64,000 bases of DNA from Candidatus Omnitrophota bacterium. GTDB lineage: Bacteria; Omnitrophota; Gorgyraeia; Gygaellales; Profunditerraquicolaceae. The stretch covers positions 1,064 to 65,063 of the forward strand of contig JAPLLZ010000029.1 in the NCBI GenBank assembly GCA_026387265.1. The letters run 5' to 3'. The notes under the pieces were generated by a model. That model searched no databases. It worked only from the letters and a program-made list of their open reading frames with translations, and was not told the origin of the DNA. The translations under genes were made by a program, and so were the position numbers. Below, one piece after another: positions 45,525 to 55,052 of the stretch (the stretch's first letter is position 1; every line of letters starts with the position of its first letter).

Positions 45525-46898
45525 ATGGAAAAGATTTATTTAGCCTCCAATTCTAAGGCCAGAAAGAAATTATTAGAAAAATTTGGCCTGAAGTTTAAAA
45601 TCCTACCTTCTAAAGTTAAAGAGCAAACTCAACGCGGTAATTTATCATATCCTCAACTTGTGCAGAAGAACGCCCGTAAAAAAGCAGAAGAAGCAGCAGC
45701 TCGAGTAACTGGTGGAATTATTATTGCCGCCGATACTATTTGTGTGCAGAATGGTAAGATCTTCGGTAAACCGAAGAATATGGCAGCTGCCCGCCGGATG
45801 CTTCAACAATTATCCAGTAGGCCGCAATGGCTATACACCGGTTTGGCACTAATTAAAAAAACTAAAAGTAAACAAAAACTCCTGCTAGATTATGAAAGAG
45901 CAAGAGTTTATATGGATAAATTAAGCCCGGCGCAGATTGATAATTATTTTAAACAGGTTTCTCCTTTAGATAAAGCCGGTAGTTTTGATATCCAGGGCAA
46001 AGGGGCATTTTTTATTAAGCGAATCGATGGGTGTTTTTATAATGTAGTCGGACTGCCTTTGAGAAAATTATATCTGATGCTTAAAAAGTTTGATGTAAAA
46101 ATTCTTTCGTTTTTTTTAACGGCCACCAGTTGTTTATTAACTGCCGTGGTTTTGTCTGGCTGCTCTACGGAATATAATCTTGCTACTAAACAGGAGGAGA
46201 AATATTATTATAGTACGGATAAGGAAGTCCAGATGGGCCAGTCAATTAACCGTAGGGTAGAAAAAGAATTAAAATTTTCCGCAGATCCATTACAGCAAAA
46301 ACGCGTGGAGGATATTGGCAAAAAGGTAGCTGCCGTCAGCGATAGAAAAGAGATTGATTATTATTTCCGGGTTTTAGATGATGATGAGGTTAACGCTGTA
46401 TCTTTACCCGGAGGGTATGTTTATATTAACAGTGGATTGTTGGATAAAGTGGCTAATGATGATGAGTTGGCCTGTGTTTTAGCACACGAGGTAGGCCATA
46501 TTGTTGCCCGGCATAGCATAAAGAAACTTCAGGCGATGCAGAGTTATTCTATTTTAAGAGTGTTAGTGGCTGTAGCTCCTGGTGCTTCAGAGGTAGGCAG
46601 CGCCGCAGATGCTGCTTTTACTCAATTTTTGCTTGGCTATAACCGCGAAGATGAGCTATTAGCAGATCAACTGGGTGCCCGTTATGCTAAATTGGCTGGT
46701 TATGATCCACATAGCATGATTACTTTTTTAATTAAGTTGCAGGATATCAACCGTAGGATGCCGCTTAGAGAACAGTCGTATTATAAGACCCACCCTTATG
46801 TTCCTGATCGGATTAGAGTAGTTAAGCAGGAACTGGGGGAGCAGATTGATTTTGGGGACTACATCAATATTGAACAAGAAAGCCACCAGCCCCGTTAG
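45525..46898 (+). CDS. Maf nucleotide pyrophosphatase domain fused in frame to an M48 metalloprotease lipoprotein
   Basis: Residues 1-190 Maf-like (IYLASNSKARKKLLE, AGSFDIQG, YNVVGLPL). An internal ATG 46077 opens the lipoprotein signal MLKKFDVKILSFFLTATSCLLTAVVLSGC, followed by an M48 domain (HEVGHIVARH, THPYVPDRI). No stop codon lies between the two parts. Confidence 0.75.
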   Translation: MEKIYLASNSKARKKLLEKFGLKFKILPSKVKEQTQRGNLSYPQLVQKNARKKAEEAAARVTGGIIIAADTICVQNGKIFGKPKNMAAARRMLQQLSSRPQWLYTGLALIKKTKSKQKLLLDYERARVYMDKLSPAQIDNYFKQVSPLDKAGSFDIQGKGAFFIKRIDGCFYNVVGLPLRKLYLMLKKFDVKILSFFLTATSCLLTAVVLSGCSTEYNLATKQEEKYYYSTDKEVQMGQSINRRVEKELKFSADPLQQKRVEDIGKKVAAVSDRKEIDYYFRVLDDDEVNAVSLPGGYVYINSGLLDKVANDDELACVLAHEVGHIVARHSIKKLQAMQSYSILRVLVAVAPGASEVGSAADAAFTQFLLGYNREDELLADQLGARYAKLAGYDPHSMITFLIKLQDINRRMPLREQSYYKTHPYVPDRIRVVKQELGEQIDFGDYINIEQESHQPR

Positions 46899-46954
46899 AG
46901 ACAGGCTGCCGAAGGCAGCCGTTAGTTACCCTAGGTGTCTTGTCTCTAACGGGG
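46890..46954. repeat. 64-65-bp palindromic element (CCCCGTTAGAG...CTCTAACGGGG), intergenic copy
   Basis: 14-bp terminal inverted repeats CCCCGTTAGAGACA / TGTCTCTAACGGGG, internal hairpin GGCTGCC-GAA-GGCAGCC. Contains the upstream stop TAG (46896-46898) and ends on the G of the downstream GTG start. Confidence 0.75.
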
Positions 46955-48069
46955 TGAATAGAATAATTGCTCTCTTGGTAATTTTTTTGTTAACCTTTTG
47001 CCGTTTACCGGCAGGAGAGATTTCCGATAAGAAATATATGAAAAATAATGTGGCGCATTTAGACAAGGTAAATTTTGATAACCCTTTTGGGGTTTTGGAA
47101 TTTTTGCATTGGAATCATTCTTGGAATAATTATAAATATTCCAGCCAACGCGATTTGGAAGAAGTGGTTTCCCTTATGCGTGATGCTGGTGTGGGTTGGG
47201 TAAGGTGGGATTTTTTATGGTCAGATATCGAAGCTCAGGAGGGGAAGTTTGACTTTACTAAATATGACAATATTGTTAAGGTGCTTAAAAATAATGATAT
47301 TCATATTTTAGGTGTTTTACATTACAGTACAAATTGGGCTTCTTCCTGCGGCGAATGGAATTGTCCGCCTGAAGATAACCAGAAATTCGTAAATTACGCA
47401 AGCAAAGTTATCCAGCGCTATAAGGATCAAGTGAAGTATTGGGAGGTTTGGAATGAACCGGATTCAGCTATCTACTGGAAAAAGCAGGATAGTCTTAAGT
47501 CTTATTGTATTCTATTGAAAGAGGTTTATTTGGCAGCTAAAAAAATAGACCCTGATTGTAAGATTCTAAATGGCGGCATTGCCAATGGTTTAGTTAGTAT
47601 TAATCATTTGTATGATAATGGAGCAAAAGATTATTTTGATATATTAAACCTGCATTTTTTTGAAAGCCCTTTACATGGAAAAAATGGTATAAAGGCGGTA
47701 ATTAGTTATCCTAATCTTGCTTATAAAATAATGGTGCGTAATGGTGATGCGCATAAGAAAATCTGGATAACGGAGATTGGCTGCCCGGGGGTAGAATCCG
47801 GATTAAAGACAGATAATTGGTGGATGGGAGAGAATCCTGATGAGCGCCAACAGGCTGAATGGGTAAAAGAAGTTTATGGCGAATTGTTAAAAAATCAGCA
47901 GGTGGAAAAAATTTTCTGGGCCTTTTTCCGTGATACCAAGGAACATTGGGGTAATGGTGTTGATTATTTTTGTTTAGTGCGTTGGGATTATTCCACCAAG
48001 CCTTCCTTTGAAGCTTATCAAAAGCGTTATCAGGAGTGGAAAAAGAATAAAGCCGTAAGGCCTAAGTGA
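46954..48069 (+). CDS. Secreted clan GH-A (TIM-barrel) glycoside hydrolase-like protein
   Basis: GTG 46954 gives the signal peptide (M)NRIIALLVIFLLTFCRLPAG; YWEVWNEPD (acid/base Glu) and KIWITEIG (nucleophile Glu) signatures; the track start 46846 reads through the repeat. Confidence 0.65.
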   Translation: MNRIIALLVIFLLTFCRLPAGEISDKKYMKNNVAHLDKVNFDNPFGVLEFLHWNHSWNNYKYSSQRDLEEVVSLMRDAGVGWVRWDFLWSDIEAQEGKFDFTKYDNIVKVLKNNDIHILGVLHYSTNWASSCGEWNCPPEDNQKFVNYASKVIQRYKDQVKYWEVWNEPDSAIYWKKQDSLKSYCILLKEVYLAAKKIDPDCKILNGGIANGLVSINHLYDNGAKDYFDILNLHFFESPLHGKNGIKAVISYPNLAYKIMVRNGDAHKKIWITEIGCPGVESGLKTDNWWMGENPDERQQAEWVKEVYGELLKNQQVEKIFWAFFRDTKEHWGNGVDYFCLVRWDYSTKPSFEAYQKRYQEWKKNKAVRPK

Positions 48070-48089
48070 AAATAAGCCTTTTTCTTAAG

Positions 48090-48437
48090 CTATGCTTTTT
48101 TATTCTCAATATCCGTTTTTAAAATGGCTAATTCCTGAGTTAATTTTATTATTTTGTCTGTAAGTTCGGATATTTTTACACAAAAGTGCAGAGCAATTAA
48201 AAATAGCGATAGAAGCGTAAAAATAAAGAGTGTTGTTGTCGGCACTACCGCCCCGATAAGTTTTGTCAGCAGTAATAATAAGTCATACCAACTGATTAAA
48301 ACCAGAATAGAAATCCCGCACAAAATCCACAAAAATGAATATTCTTCGCGCAGCTTTCTGCGCCGGATTAATTCAACAATCAGCAGCAAAAGAAAAACCA
48401 CAACTAATATCGCAAATAATTTTTGCCTAAAAAGCAT
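48090..48437 (-). CDS. DUF2304-like small membrane protein
   Basis: 115 aa, hydrophobic helices, LIVELIRRRKLREEYSFLW segment; sits directly downstream of a GT2 gene, as DUF2304 proteins usually do. Confidence 0.6.
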   Translation of the reverse strand: MLFRQKLFAILVVVFLLLLIVELIRRRKLREEYSFLWILCGISILVLISWYDLLLLLTKLIGAVVPTTTLFIFTLLSLFLIALHFCVKISELTDKIIKLTQELAILKTDIENKKA

Positions 48438-48462
48438 TTTCCCCTCCTTGAAATTTTATTAG

Positions 48463-49185
48463 TTAATTTGCAGCATTTCTCTTTGTCAAAAGTTTACGTA
48501 TAAAGATAACTAATAATGAAAGCGACATTTTAAATATATAGTAAAGAGGTTTCATTCCGCTGTGCATTGATTTTTTGCTGTTTTTTAAATACATTTTTAC
48601 CGGAATCTCTTTTATTTTAAAGTTTGCGAAGTAAGAAGCGATAATTACATCGGCATCCGGAAAATCCGAAGGATACATGTTAGAATAAAATTTGCATACC
48701 CTGCGATTTAAGGCGATGAAACCAGAGGTGGGATCGGTAATCTTCTGTCGGGTAACTGAGCTGGCAATCACCCGTAAAATAGCAATACCAATCCTTCTTA
48801 AAGTAGAAACTTTGTAAGCGGATTCTCCTAAAAAACGCGAACCAATAATGATATCATTCTGATTATTCTGAATCTCAGAAAATAAGGAAGGTATGGATTT
48901 GGATTCGTGTTGTCCATCGGCGTCCAGGCATACCAGGTAATCATAGTTATGAGCTGCCGCATATTTAAAGCCAGTTTGCAAAGCCGCCCCGTAACCTAGA
49001 TTAAAGGGAAGAGAGACTACAACCGCTCCTGCTTGTTTTGCAAGAAAAGCAGTATTATCAGTTGAACCATCATCAACTACTAAAATAGGCAAATCAAAAT
49101 ATTTTTTTTTAATTTCTTTTATAACTACGCCAACATTTTCTGCTTCATTGAATGCCGGAATAATAATGCATTTTGAGATATTCAT
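48463..49185 (-). CDS. GT2 glycosyltransferase, polyprenyl-phosphate sugar synthase (Dpm1-like) type
   Basis: IIPAFNEAENV, VVDDGSTDNT, LDADGQHE (DxD); 240 aa soluble GT-A domain. Confidence 0.85.
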   Translation of the reverse strand: MNISKCIIIPAFNEAENVGVVIKEIKKKYFDLPILVVDDGSTDNTAFLAKQAGAVVVSLPFNLGYGAALQTGFKYAAAHNYDYLVCLDADGQHESKSIPSLFSEIQNNQNDIIIGSRFLGESAYKVSTLRRIGIAILRVIASSVTRQKITDPTSGFIALNRRVCKFYSNMYPSDFPDADVIIASYFANFKIKEIPVKMYLKNSKKSMHSGMKPLYYIFKMSLSLLVIFIRKLLTKRNAAN

Positions 49186-50141
49186 GCTTTTACTGTTAAG
49201 TATGCCTTGGTTTTATTAATTAATCCTATACTAATCCCGAACACTACAACGATATTTCTTAAAATGGAAATCAACGGATAAAGAATAATGGCCGGATCTT
49301 TTTTAATTTTTAAAAGTATGCAAGCAAAACCTATCTGTAAAGTTAACAGCAAGAAAAGAAATAAAATAAAAATAGTTAGCGGTCTGATGGCTAATGTTAG
49401 AATGCACATTCCGGTTAACAAAGTATTCAATAAAAACCATCTATCCAGGGGGTAAAGTTCAGCTTTGGGCAAAAATACTCTGTATCTTGCATAGGCGTAT
49501 TGTCGTTTTAAGAAACCCAACAAAGTTGATTTAAAATGGTGGATGGCGAGGGCATTTTCAACATAGATAAGTTTATACCCGCAATTTATAATCCTGGAAT
49601 TAAAATCGGCGTCTAAAGCAGCATTTAACAAATTTTCATTAAATCTACCGATTTTGTTAAAGGCCTCCTTGCGGTAAATCGCATTTGCCGAAGTAATATG
49701 TTTTGTGCAGTGCGGTTTATTTTTAAATTTAAGTTCTATTTCATAACCGGCAATCCTGGCGATCCAAGAATCATCCTGGGCAGTTACTAAATGTCCTCCT
49801 ACCCCCATAATGCTCGGACAATCAAATTCTCTGGTTACTTTAGTTAACCAGCCTTCTTCTAGCTCAACGTCGGATTCAATCAAAGCCACAAATTCTCCTT
49901 CACAATGTGCCAGAGCTGCATTAAGAGCAGCGGCCTCACCTTTATTTTTTTGCCGGAACAATTTAATATTCTTATTTTCACTGAATAATTTAGCCAGCCT
50001 TTCTGCGGGATTGTCCGTAGAACCGTCATCGATTATAATTATTTCTAATGCCTGGTTGGTTTTTTGTTTCAAAATAGATTCTACCGTATTGCTTAATGTA
50101 TTTGCGTTATTATAAACAGGAATGATAAAGCTTACTTTCAA
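49182..50141 (-). CDS. GT2 glycosyltransferase with C-terminal TM helices
   Basis: SFIIPVYNNANTL, IIIDDGSTDN, IESDVELE; hydrophobic C-terminal third. Confidence 0.8.
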   Translation of the reverse strand: MKVSFIIPVYNNANTLSNTVESILKQKTNQALEIIIIDDGSTDNPAERLAKLFSENKNIKLFRQKNKGEAAALNAALAHCEGEFVALIESDVELEEGWLTKVTREFDCPSIMGVGGHLVTAQDDSWIARIAGYEIELKFKNKPHCTKHITSANAIYRKEAFNKIGRFNENLLNAALDADFNSRIINCGYKLIYVENALAIHHFKSTLLGFLKRQYAYARYRVFLPKAELYPLDRWFLLNTLLTGMCILTLAIRPLTIFILFLFLLLTLQIGFACILLKIKKDPAIILYPLISILRNIVVVFGISIGLINKTKAYLTVKA

Positions 50142-51581
50142 TTAGCGCCTCCTAAATAATTTAAAACCGATTGTTAGATCTTTAATTAAGTCCCCGATTT
50201 TTTTATACTTTTTTATCCGGTTAAAAATTATCTGGGGCCTTAAATAGAATGATCTATACGCATAGCGCACTAAATTTTCCAGGGTTTTATTTGAAAGCTT
50301 TGTATAATTAATTATGCTTTTGGACAAAGGATCGATGCTGGTAGAATTTTCGGTTAAATAACCTTGTTCCTTGCAGATGTTATAAAAATCAGTGCCTTTA
50401 AAAGGAGTGGCGATAGAAAACATGATGTTTTTTAATTTCATATCTTTTAATTTGTCGATAGTGCTTATTATGTCTTGAGGTGATTCATCAGGGCAACAGC
50501 CTAACATTATATTCAATTTTGGTTCTATTGCGTAGTCATTTAACAATTTTATTGCAGTAATGATTGTTTCAACCTTAAGATTTTTATTAATATAATTCAG
50601 CGCTTTTTGGTTTAAGCTCTCTACTCCAATATCAATAGAGCGGCATCCGGCATCTGCCAGTGTTTTGATGATTTGTTTATTTGTTAAGAAATCCGCCCGG
50701 CTTAAACATCCCCATTCAAGTTTTAAATCCTTGATTCCCTCACAGATCTGTATTGTTCTGGATTCTTCCCATAAAAATTGGTCATCAACGATCATTACTG
50801 AGTTAAATCCCTGTTTCTTTATTTCTTGAAATTCCAGTATTACTCTTTGGGGGTTGGCTATTTTTAGTGGCGGTTTCTTGCCGAAATATTTTTTATATTC
50901 TAATTCTCTGGCAAAATTTATAGAAATAGGGACGCAAAAGATGCAATTAAAAATACATCCTCGAGAAGTCATCATCGTAGTGAAAGGTGTTCCTTTAAAC
51001 TTTGGATTAAAATATTTTTTTAAGTAAGGCAGAAATATTTGATGATTTCTGTAGGGTATGGGCAGGTTATCCAGATCCACTAAAGAGCCGGAAGGAGGTA
51101 TGTGCAGGAAAGTTTTCTTCTCAAGAAGCGAGACGCCAATTAATTTTCCTTCTGTAAAATAGTGAACAAGGTTATCCTCGACTTCACCCCTAAATACAAT
51201 CACTTTTGGCGAAATAAGATAATCTTCCGGAGCACGCGTTGGCTCCGGGCCGTAAACTATAATCTTAGTATCTTGGTTAAGCCGGGATAACTTATGGATA
51301 AAAGCCAAATCCGTGGGCTTAGAAAGAATAACAGAATGGAGCAGGCAATAATCCGGATTATAGCTCCTGATTGCCTCCCAAAATTTGCTCTCAGGTATTT
51401 TTTCCAATACGGCATCGATATAATTTAACTGGAAACCATATTTATGCAGTAAAGTGAATATATATAAGTTGGCCAGGTCAGGAAAATGGTATAGCTCATA
51501 TGAACAACCGGCTAATCTCTCCGCGGTTCTTTTTTCCAGAGGGGCGGGTTCGACAAATAGGATTTTTTTACCGTTCATCAA
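50142..51581 (-). CDS. B12-binding-domain radical SAM enzyme (class B-like), paralog 3
   Basis: Radical SAM cluster motif SRGCIFNCIFCV preceded by a roughly 190-aa Rossmann-like N-domain; 479 aa. Confidence 0.8.
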   Translation of the reverse strand: MMNGKKILFVEPAPLEKRTAERLAGCSYELYHFPDLANLYIFTLLHKYGFQLNYIDAVLEKIPESKFWEAIRSYNPDYCLLHSVILSKPTDLAFIHKLSRLNQDTKIIVYGPEPTRAPEDYLISPKVIVFRGEVEDNLVHYFTEGKLIGVSLLEKKTFLHIPPSGSLVDLDNLPIPYRNHQIFLPYLKKYFNPKFKGTPFTTMMTSRGCIFNCIFCVPISINFARELEYKKYFGKKPPLKIANPQRVILEFQEIKKQGFNSVMIVDDQFLWEESRTIQICEGIKDLKLEWGCLSRADFLTNKQIIKTLADAGCRSIDIGVESLNQKALNYINKNLKVETIITAIKLLNDYAIEPKLNIMLGCCPDESPQDIISTIDKLKDMKLKNIMFSIATPFKGTDFYNICKEQGYLTENSTSIDPLSKSIINYTKLSNKTLENLVRYAYRSFYLRPQIIFNRIKKYKKIGDLIKDLTIGFKLFRRR

Positions 51582-52948
51582 TACCTTCCTGCCAGTATTT
51601 CTTTAGCAACGGCTAATCCGGTTTTAGCGAAGTCACGGATAATAATATTTTTTTTGAATTTCTTTAAAAGCCTTAAGTGGTATCGGGGGCGGGTAAAGAA
51701 ATCAAAAGTTGCCTTGCGCCTTAACGCATAGAGCTGTTGGACTGATAAATCCGAAAGGGGGATAGGGGGAGAGTTGACTAATCCAAACCCCGACCAATTC
51801 GGCATTTTTACCCCTTTGCTGATAGCGTAATTATAAATATCAGTTCCCGGATAAGGAACGCAAATAGCAAATGAGGCATAGTCCATTTCTAATTTATTCG
51901 TGGCCAGGTTTATGGTGTCCATGGCGGTATCCCAGGTTTCACCGGGGAAACCTAGCATAAAATTCCCCCCGATATGAAAACCTACCTTGTTGGCAGCTGC
52001 AAATGACTTATATACATTTTCCAGCGTGATATTTTTTCTAACGCTATCCAGAATGCTTTGATTACCGCTTTCTACTCCAAAGCAGCACCAGTTTACTCCG
52101 GCCTGGCGTAACTTTTGATAGAGTTCCATATCCACTTCATCGCAGCGGCCCGCGATCATTATTTCTAACTTATAACCGCGTTTAATTATTTCTTCACAAA
52201 TTTCCATGGAACGTTTTTTATTCACAGTAAAGGTATCGTCCTGGATATATAAAATCCTAATTTTATACTGTTTAACCAGGATATCTAGTTCTTCCATCAC
52301 GCGGCTAATACTGAAATAACGGATACCTCGGCCCAAGACTGTTTTAGATGAGCAAAATGTGCAGTTTCTGTAGCATCCTCTGGCGGTATAAAGAACTCCT
52401 ACGGGGGCGCGCACGCCGCTGGGTAAGTCGTCAAGATTAGCAATAGGCGCCGGGGGAGGATTGTCAATTATTTTTGAACCCTTGCGAAAAGTTATGCCTG
52501 GTAATTCATCCGGGGAGTCTTTAGAGTTTAATATTTGTATTAATTTCGGCAAGGTGTATTCGCCTTCACCTCTTACTACAAAGTCAACAAAGGGGTATTG
52601 TTCTATGGTTTCCACCGGTAACGCCGTAACATGGATGCCGCCGAAAATAGTAATTATTTTAGGATCTGCTTTCTTTACGCATTCGCATAAACTTGCTGCA
52701 ATTTCCATGGTTGCCGTCATGGCCGTGACGCCGATATAGTCAGGATGATAGTCAAGTACCCGGCTTAAGCATGCTGTAAAGTTTAAAGCCAGGCCATCGG
52801 CATCTAAAAGTATGACTTTATGCCCGACACGTTCTAAGCAGGCAGCGACTGTTAAGATGCTCGTTGGCGGTATAACTGCCACAAAGTCCTGGAGTTGGTG
52901 ATAGGCGTGTTCAGAGGTTGGTGCGCAGATCAAAACTATTCTACTCAT
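51578..52948 (-). CDS. B12-binding-domain radical SAM enzyme (class B-like), paralog 2
   Basis: N-terminal cobalamin-binding-type domain (IITIFGGIHVTALP), TARGCYRNCTFCSS cluster motif; 456 aa. Confidence 0.85.
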   Translation of the reverse strand: MSRIVLICAPTSEHAYHQLQDFVAVIPPTSILTVAACLERVGHKVILLDADGLALNFTACLSRVLDYHPDYIGVTAMTATMEIAASLCECVKKADPKIITIFGGIHVTALPVETIEQYPFVDFVVRGEGEYTLPKLIQILNSKDSPDELPGITFRKGSKIIDNPPPAPIANLDDLPSGVRAPVGVLYTARGCYRNCTFCSSKTVLGRGIRYFSISRVMEELDILVKQYKIRILYIQDDTFTVNKKRSMEICEEIIKRGYKLEIMIAGRCDEVDMELYQKLRQAGVNWCCFGVESGNQSILDSVRKNITLENVYKSFAAANKVGFHIGGNFMLGFPGETWDTAMDTINLATNKLEMDYASFAICVPYPGTDIYNYAISKGVKMPNWSGFGLVNSPPIPLSDLSVQQLYALRRKATFDFFTRPRYHLRLLKKFKKNIIIRDFAKTGLAVAKEILAGRY

Positions 52949-53589
52949 TTTGGTTTATGGGCCACCATTATACAATGCAGGCTTAATGGCCAGATTAAAA
53001 AAGGGATATTGGTTATTTTTATTATTCTAAAACCAAGAGATCTAAGCTGTTTTTCCATCTCGCCAGGAGTCCACTGCCAGAGATGTCCAGTATTATAGAA
53101 AGCTTCTTTAAACATAAGCGCAGCGATCCGGGTGATTTTAAATATGAAATCATTGGGGAATACAACTATAAGTGTACCGTCTTTACGTAAAATTCTATAC
53201 ATTTCTTTAATTACTAATATCGCATCCTGAAATTTAAAGTGCTCAATCACTTCTGCCAAGATACAACAGTCGATCGTTTCCGAAGGCGTATTTAGCTGTA
53301 GTAGGTTTGCTTCGGTAACAGTTAATCCATGCTTTCGGCAAATAGCCACTTTTTCTTTGTCTATTTCTATTCCCCAGACATCTTTGTTAGGATAGGTCTT
53401 AGTTAATTTTTCTAGCGTTATTCCTTCTCCGCAGCCAGCATCTAATATTATATTTGCTTCTTTGTGGATATTGTTCAATATGGTTCTATTGCGATAATTC
53501 CAATAAATCCTGCTGAGCCTGTTTTTTGCGTATTGTTCTCGTTGAGGCAATGTTTTGCTATAACTGTAGAAATTATTGTTTGTGGGCAT
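52945..53589 (-). CDS. Class I SAM-dependent methyltransferase
   Basis: Motif I ILDAGCGEGITL, acidic loop VWGIEID, post-I/II motifs; 214 aa. Confidence 0.8.
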   Translation of the reverse strand: MPTNNNFYSYSKTLPQREQYAKNRLSRIYWNYRNRTILNNIHKEANIILDAGCGEGITLEKLTKTYPNKDVWGIEIDKEKVAICRKHGLTVTEANLLQLNTPSETIDCCILAEVIEHFKFQDAILVIKEMYRILRKDGTLIVVFPNDFIFKITRIAALMFKEAFYNTGHLWQWTPGEMEKQLRSLGFRIIKITNIPFLIWPLSLHCIMVAHKPK

Positions 53590-53601
53590 ATTTAGTTTTA
53601 A

Positions 53602-55050
53602 TTATTTTTCAAGCTGTTGAGCTAAACATTGTTTCGGTTTCAAAAATATAAATTTTAATAGAGGAATACTGATCTTCAATATTCTTCTGAAATAAAGCGG
53701 GTTTTTCATTATTCTAAGCAGGTAATCAAGAATAATTTTAGGCCTAAAATAAAATTCCTTTAGAAAGAGCTTAAAGTATTTCTCCAGGTCCTTCTTCTGT
53801 AAGCCAGAGGGTATAAAAACAGTATTTAACATGCTCATTTTTTGCCAGTCTTCAGTATGCTGGCCATATTGTTTTGCAATTCTATAAAGTTCTGATCCGG
53901 GAAACTGCGTCATAAAAGAGACGGTAATGTCGTTTAATTTAATTCGTTTAGCAAAATCAATAGTCTGGCGCAGAGTTTTTTTTGTTTCCTTAGGAAAGCC
54001 CAAGATAAAGAATCCTTTGCTAAAGATGCCTGCTTGACGAGTTAATGCGACTGCTTTTTCAATTTGTCCAAGGCCAAGTCCTTTTCTAGAGAAATCCAGG
54101 ATGTCTTGAACACCGGTTTCTATACCAAAACCTATCTGCCAACAACCGGCCCGTTTCATTAATTTTAAGATGTCCAAGCTTACCAGGTCCGCCCGGCTAT
54201 TACAAGTCCAACTTAAAAAAAGTTTCTTTTGTAATAAAAATTCACATATTTTGATTAACCGTTCTTTAGATAAAAATAGAGTATCATCTTCAAATGAGAT
54301 TTCCTTTATTCCATAGCGGTGGTGTAGAAGTTCGATCATTTCTGATATATATTGATGGCTAAAAAATCTGCAGGTTTTTTTAAAAACAGAGGAGGAGCAA
54401 AAAATACAGTTATAAGGACAGCCCCGGGAGGTTAAAATATAAGCCGCGGGCAGTTTTTGAAATTTAGATATAGCCGGATAATATCCTCTAGGGAAGTTTG
54501 GCAGGATATCCCAGGCAGGAAACGGCAGCTTATCTAAGTCAACAATTGGTGGTCGTTCCGGGGTAAGTATAACTTTATTTGTTTCCCTAAAAGTTATTCC
54601 AGGAACTTCGCCCAATTTACCTTTACTCTCTATTCTTTTAAGCAATTCAATCAATGTTTCTTCGCCTTCGCCGATTATTCCAAAGTCAAATGCGGGGAAT
54701 TTTTGCATTGTTTCTTCAGGGGTGGCGCTTAGATGTGCTCCACCGATAATTATGGTGATTCTAGCTGCCCTTTCTTTAATCATTCTCGCTAGCCTTGCAG
54801 CATTAAAAATAGATACGGTGGTAGCGGTAATCGCAACATAATCGGGATGATGGCCTAAAATTTCACTTACGCTATCTTCGTAGCTTAAGCTATTAGACGC
54901 TTCCGCGACGGCAACATCGAATTTTTCAACCCTGGCTACGCTCGCTAAATAAAGTAACCCTAAGGGCGCTAAAGTGTTACCCATTCCAGCAAAGTAACCG
55001 TATCGCTGGAATAAGCTGGTCGGTGGATTAACAAAAACTATTTTTGACAT
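53602..55050 (-). CDS. B12-binding-domain radical SAM enzyme (class B-like), paralog 1
   Basis: N-terminal cobalamin-binding-type domain (ITIIIGGAHLSATP), TSRGCPYNCIFCSS cluster motif; 482 aa. Confidence 0.85.
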   Translation of the reverse strand: MSKIVFVNPPTSLFQRYGYFAGMGNTLAPLGLLYLASVARVEKFDVAVAEASNSLSYEDSVSEILGHHPDYVAITATTVSIFNAARLARMIKERAARITIIIGGAHLSATPEETMQKFPAFDFGIIGEGEETLIELLKRIESKGKLGEVPGITFRETNKVILTPERPPIVDLDKLPFPAWDILPNFPRGYYPAISKFQKLPAAYILTSRGCPYNCIFCSSSVFKKTCRFFSHQYISEMIELLHHRYGIKEISFEDDTLFLSKERLIKICEFLLQKKLFLSWTCNSRADLVSLDILKLMKRAGCWQIGFGIETGVQDILDFSRKGLGLGQIEKAVALTRQAGIFSKGFFILGFPKETKKTLRQTIDFAKRIKLNDITVSFMTQFPGSELYRIAKQYGQHTEDWQKMSMLNTVFIPSGLQKKDLEKYFKLFLKEFYFRPKIILDYLLRIMKNPLYFRRILKISIPLLKFIFLKPKQCLAQQLEK

Positions 55051-55052
55051 AG

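Noticed and set aside
45340-45543. 67-aa + strand ORF spanning the oxidoreductase-maf spacer
   Set aside because: It starts inside the 3' end of the oxidoreductase gene and mostly translates the palindromic repeat 45440-45513 (FAGPAAGAPLAKFGSRHLARHPQ). It has no SD and no recognisable domain.
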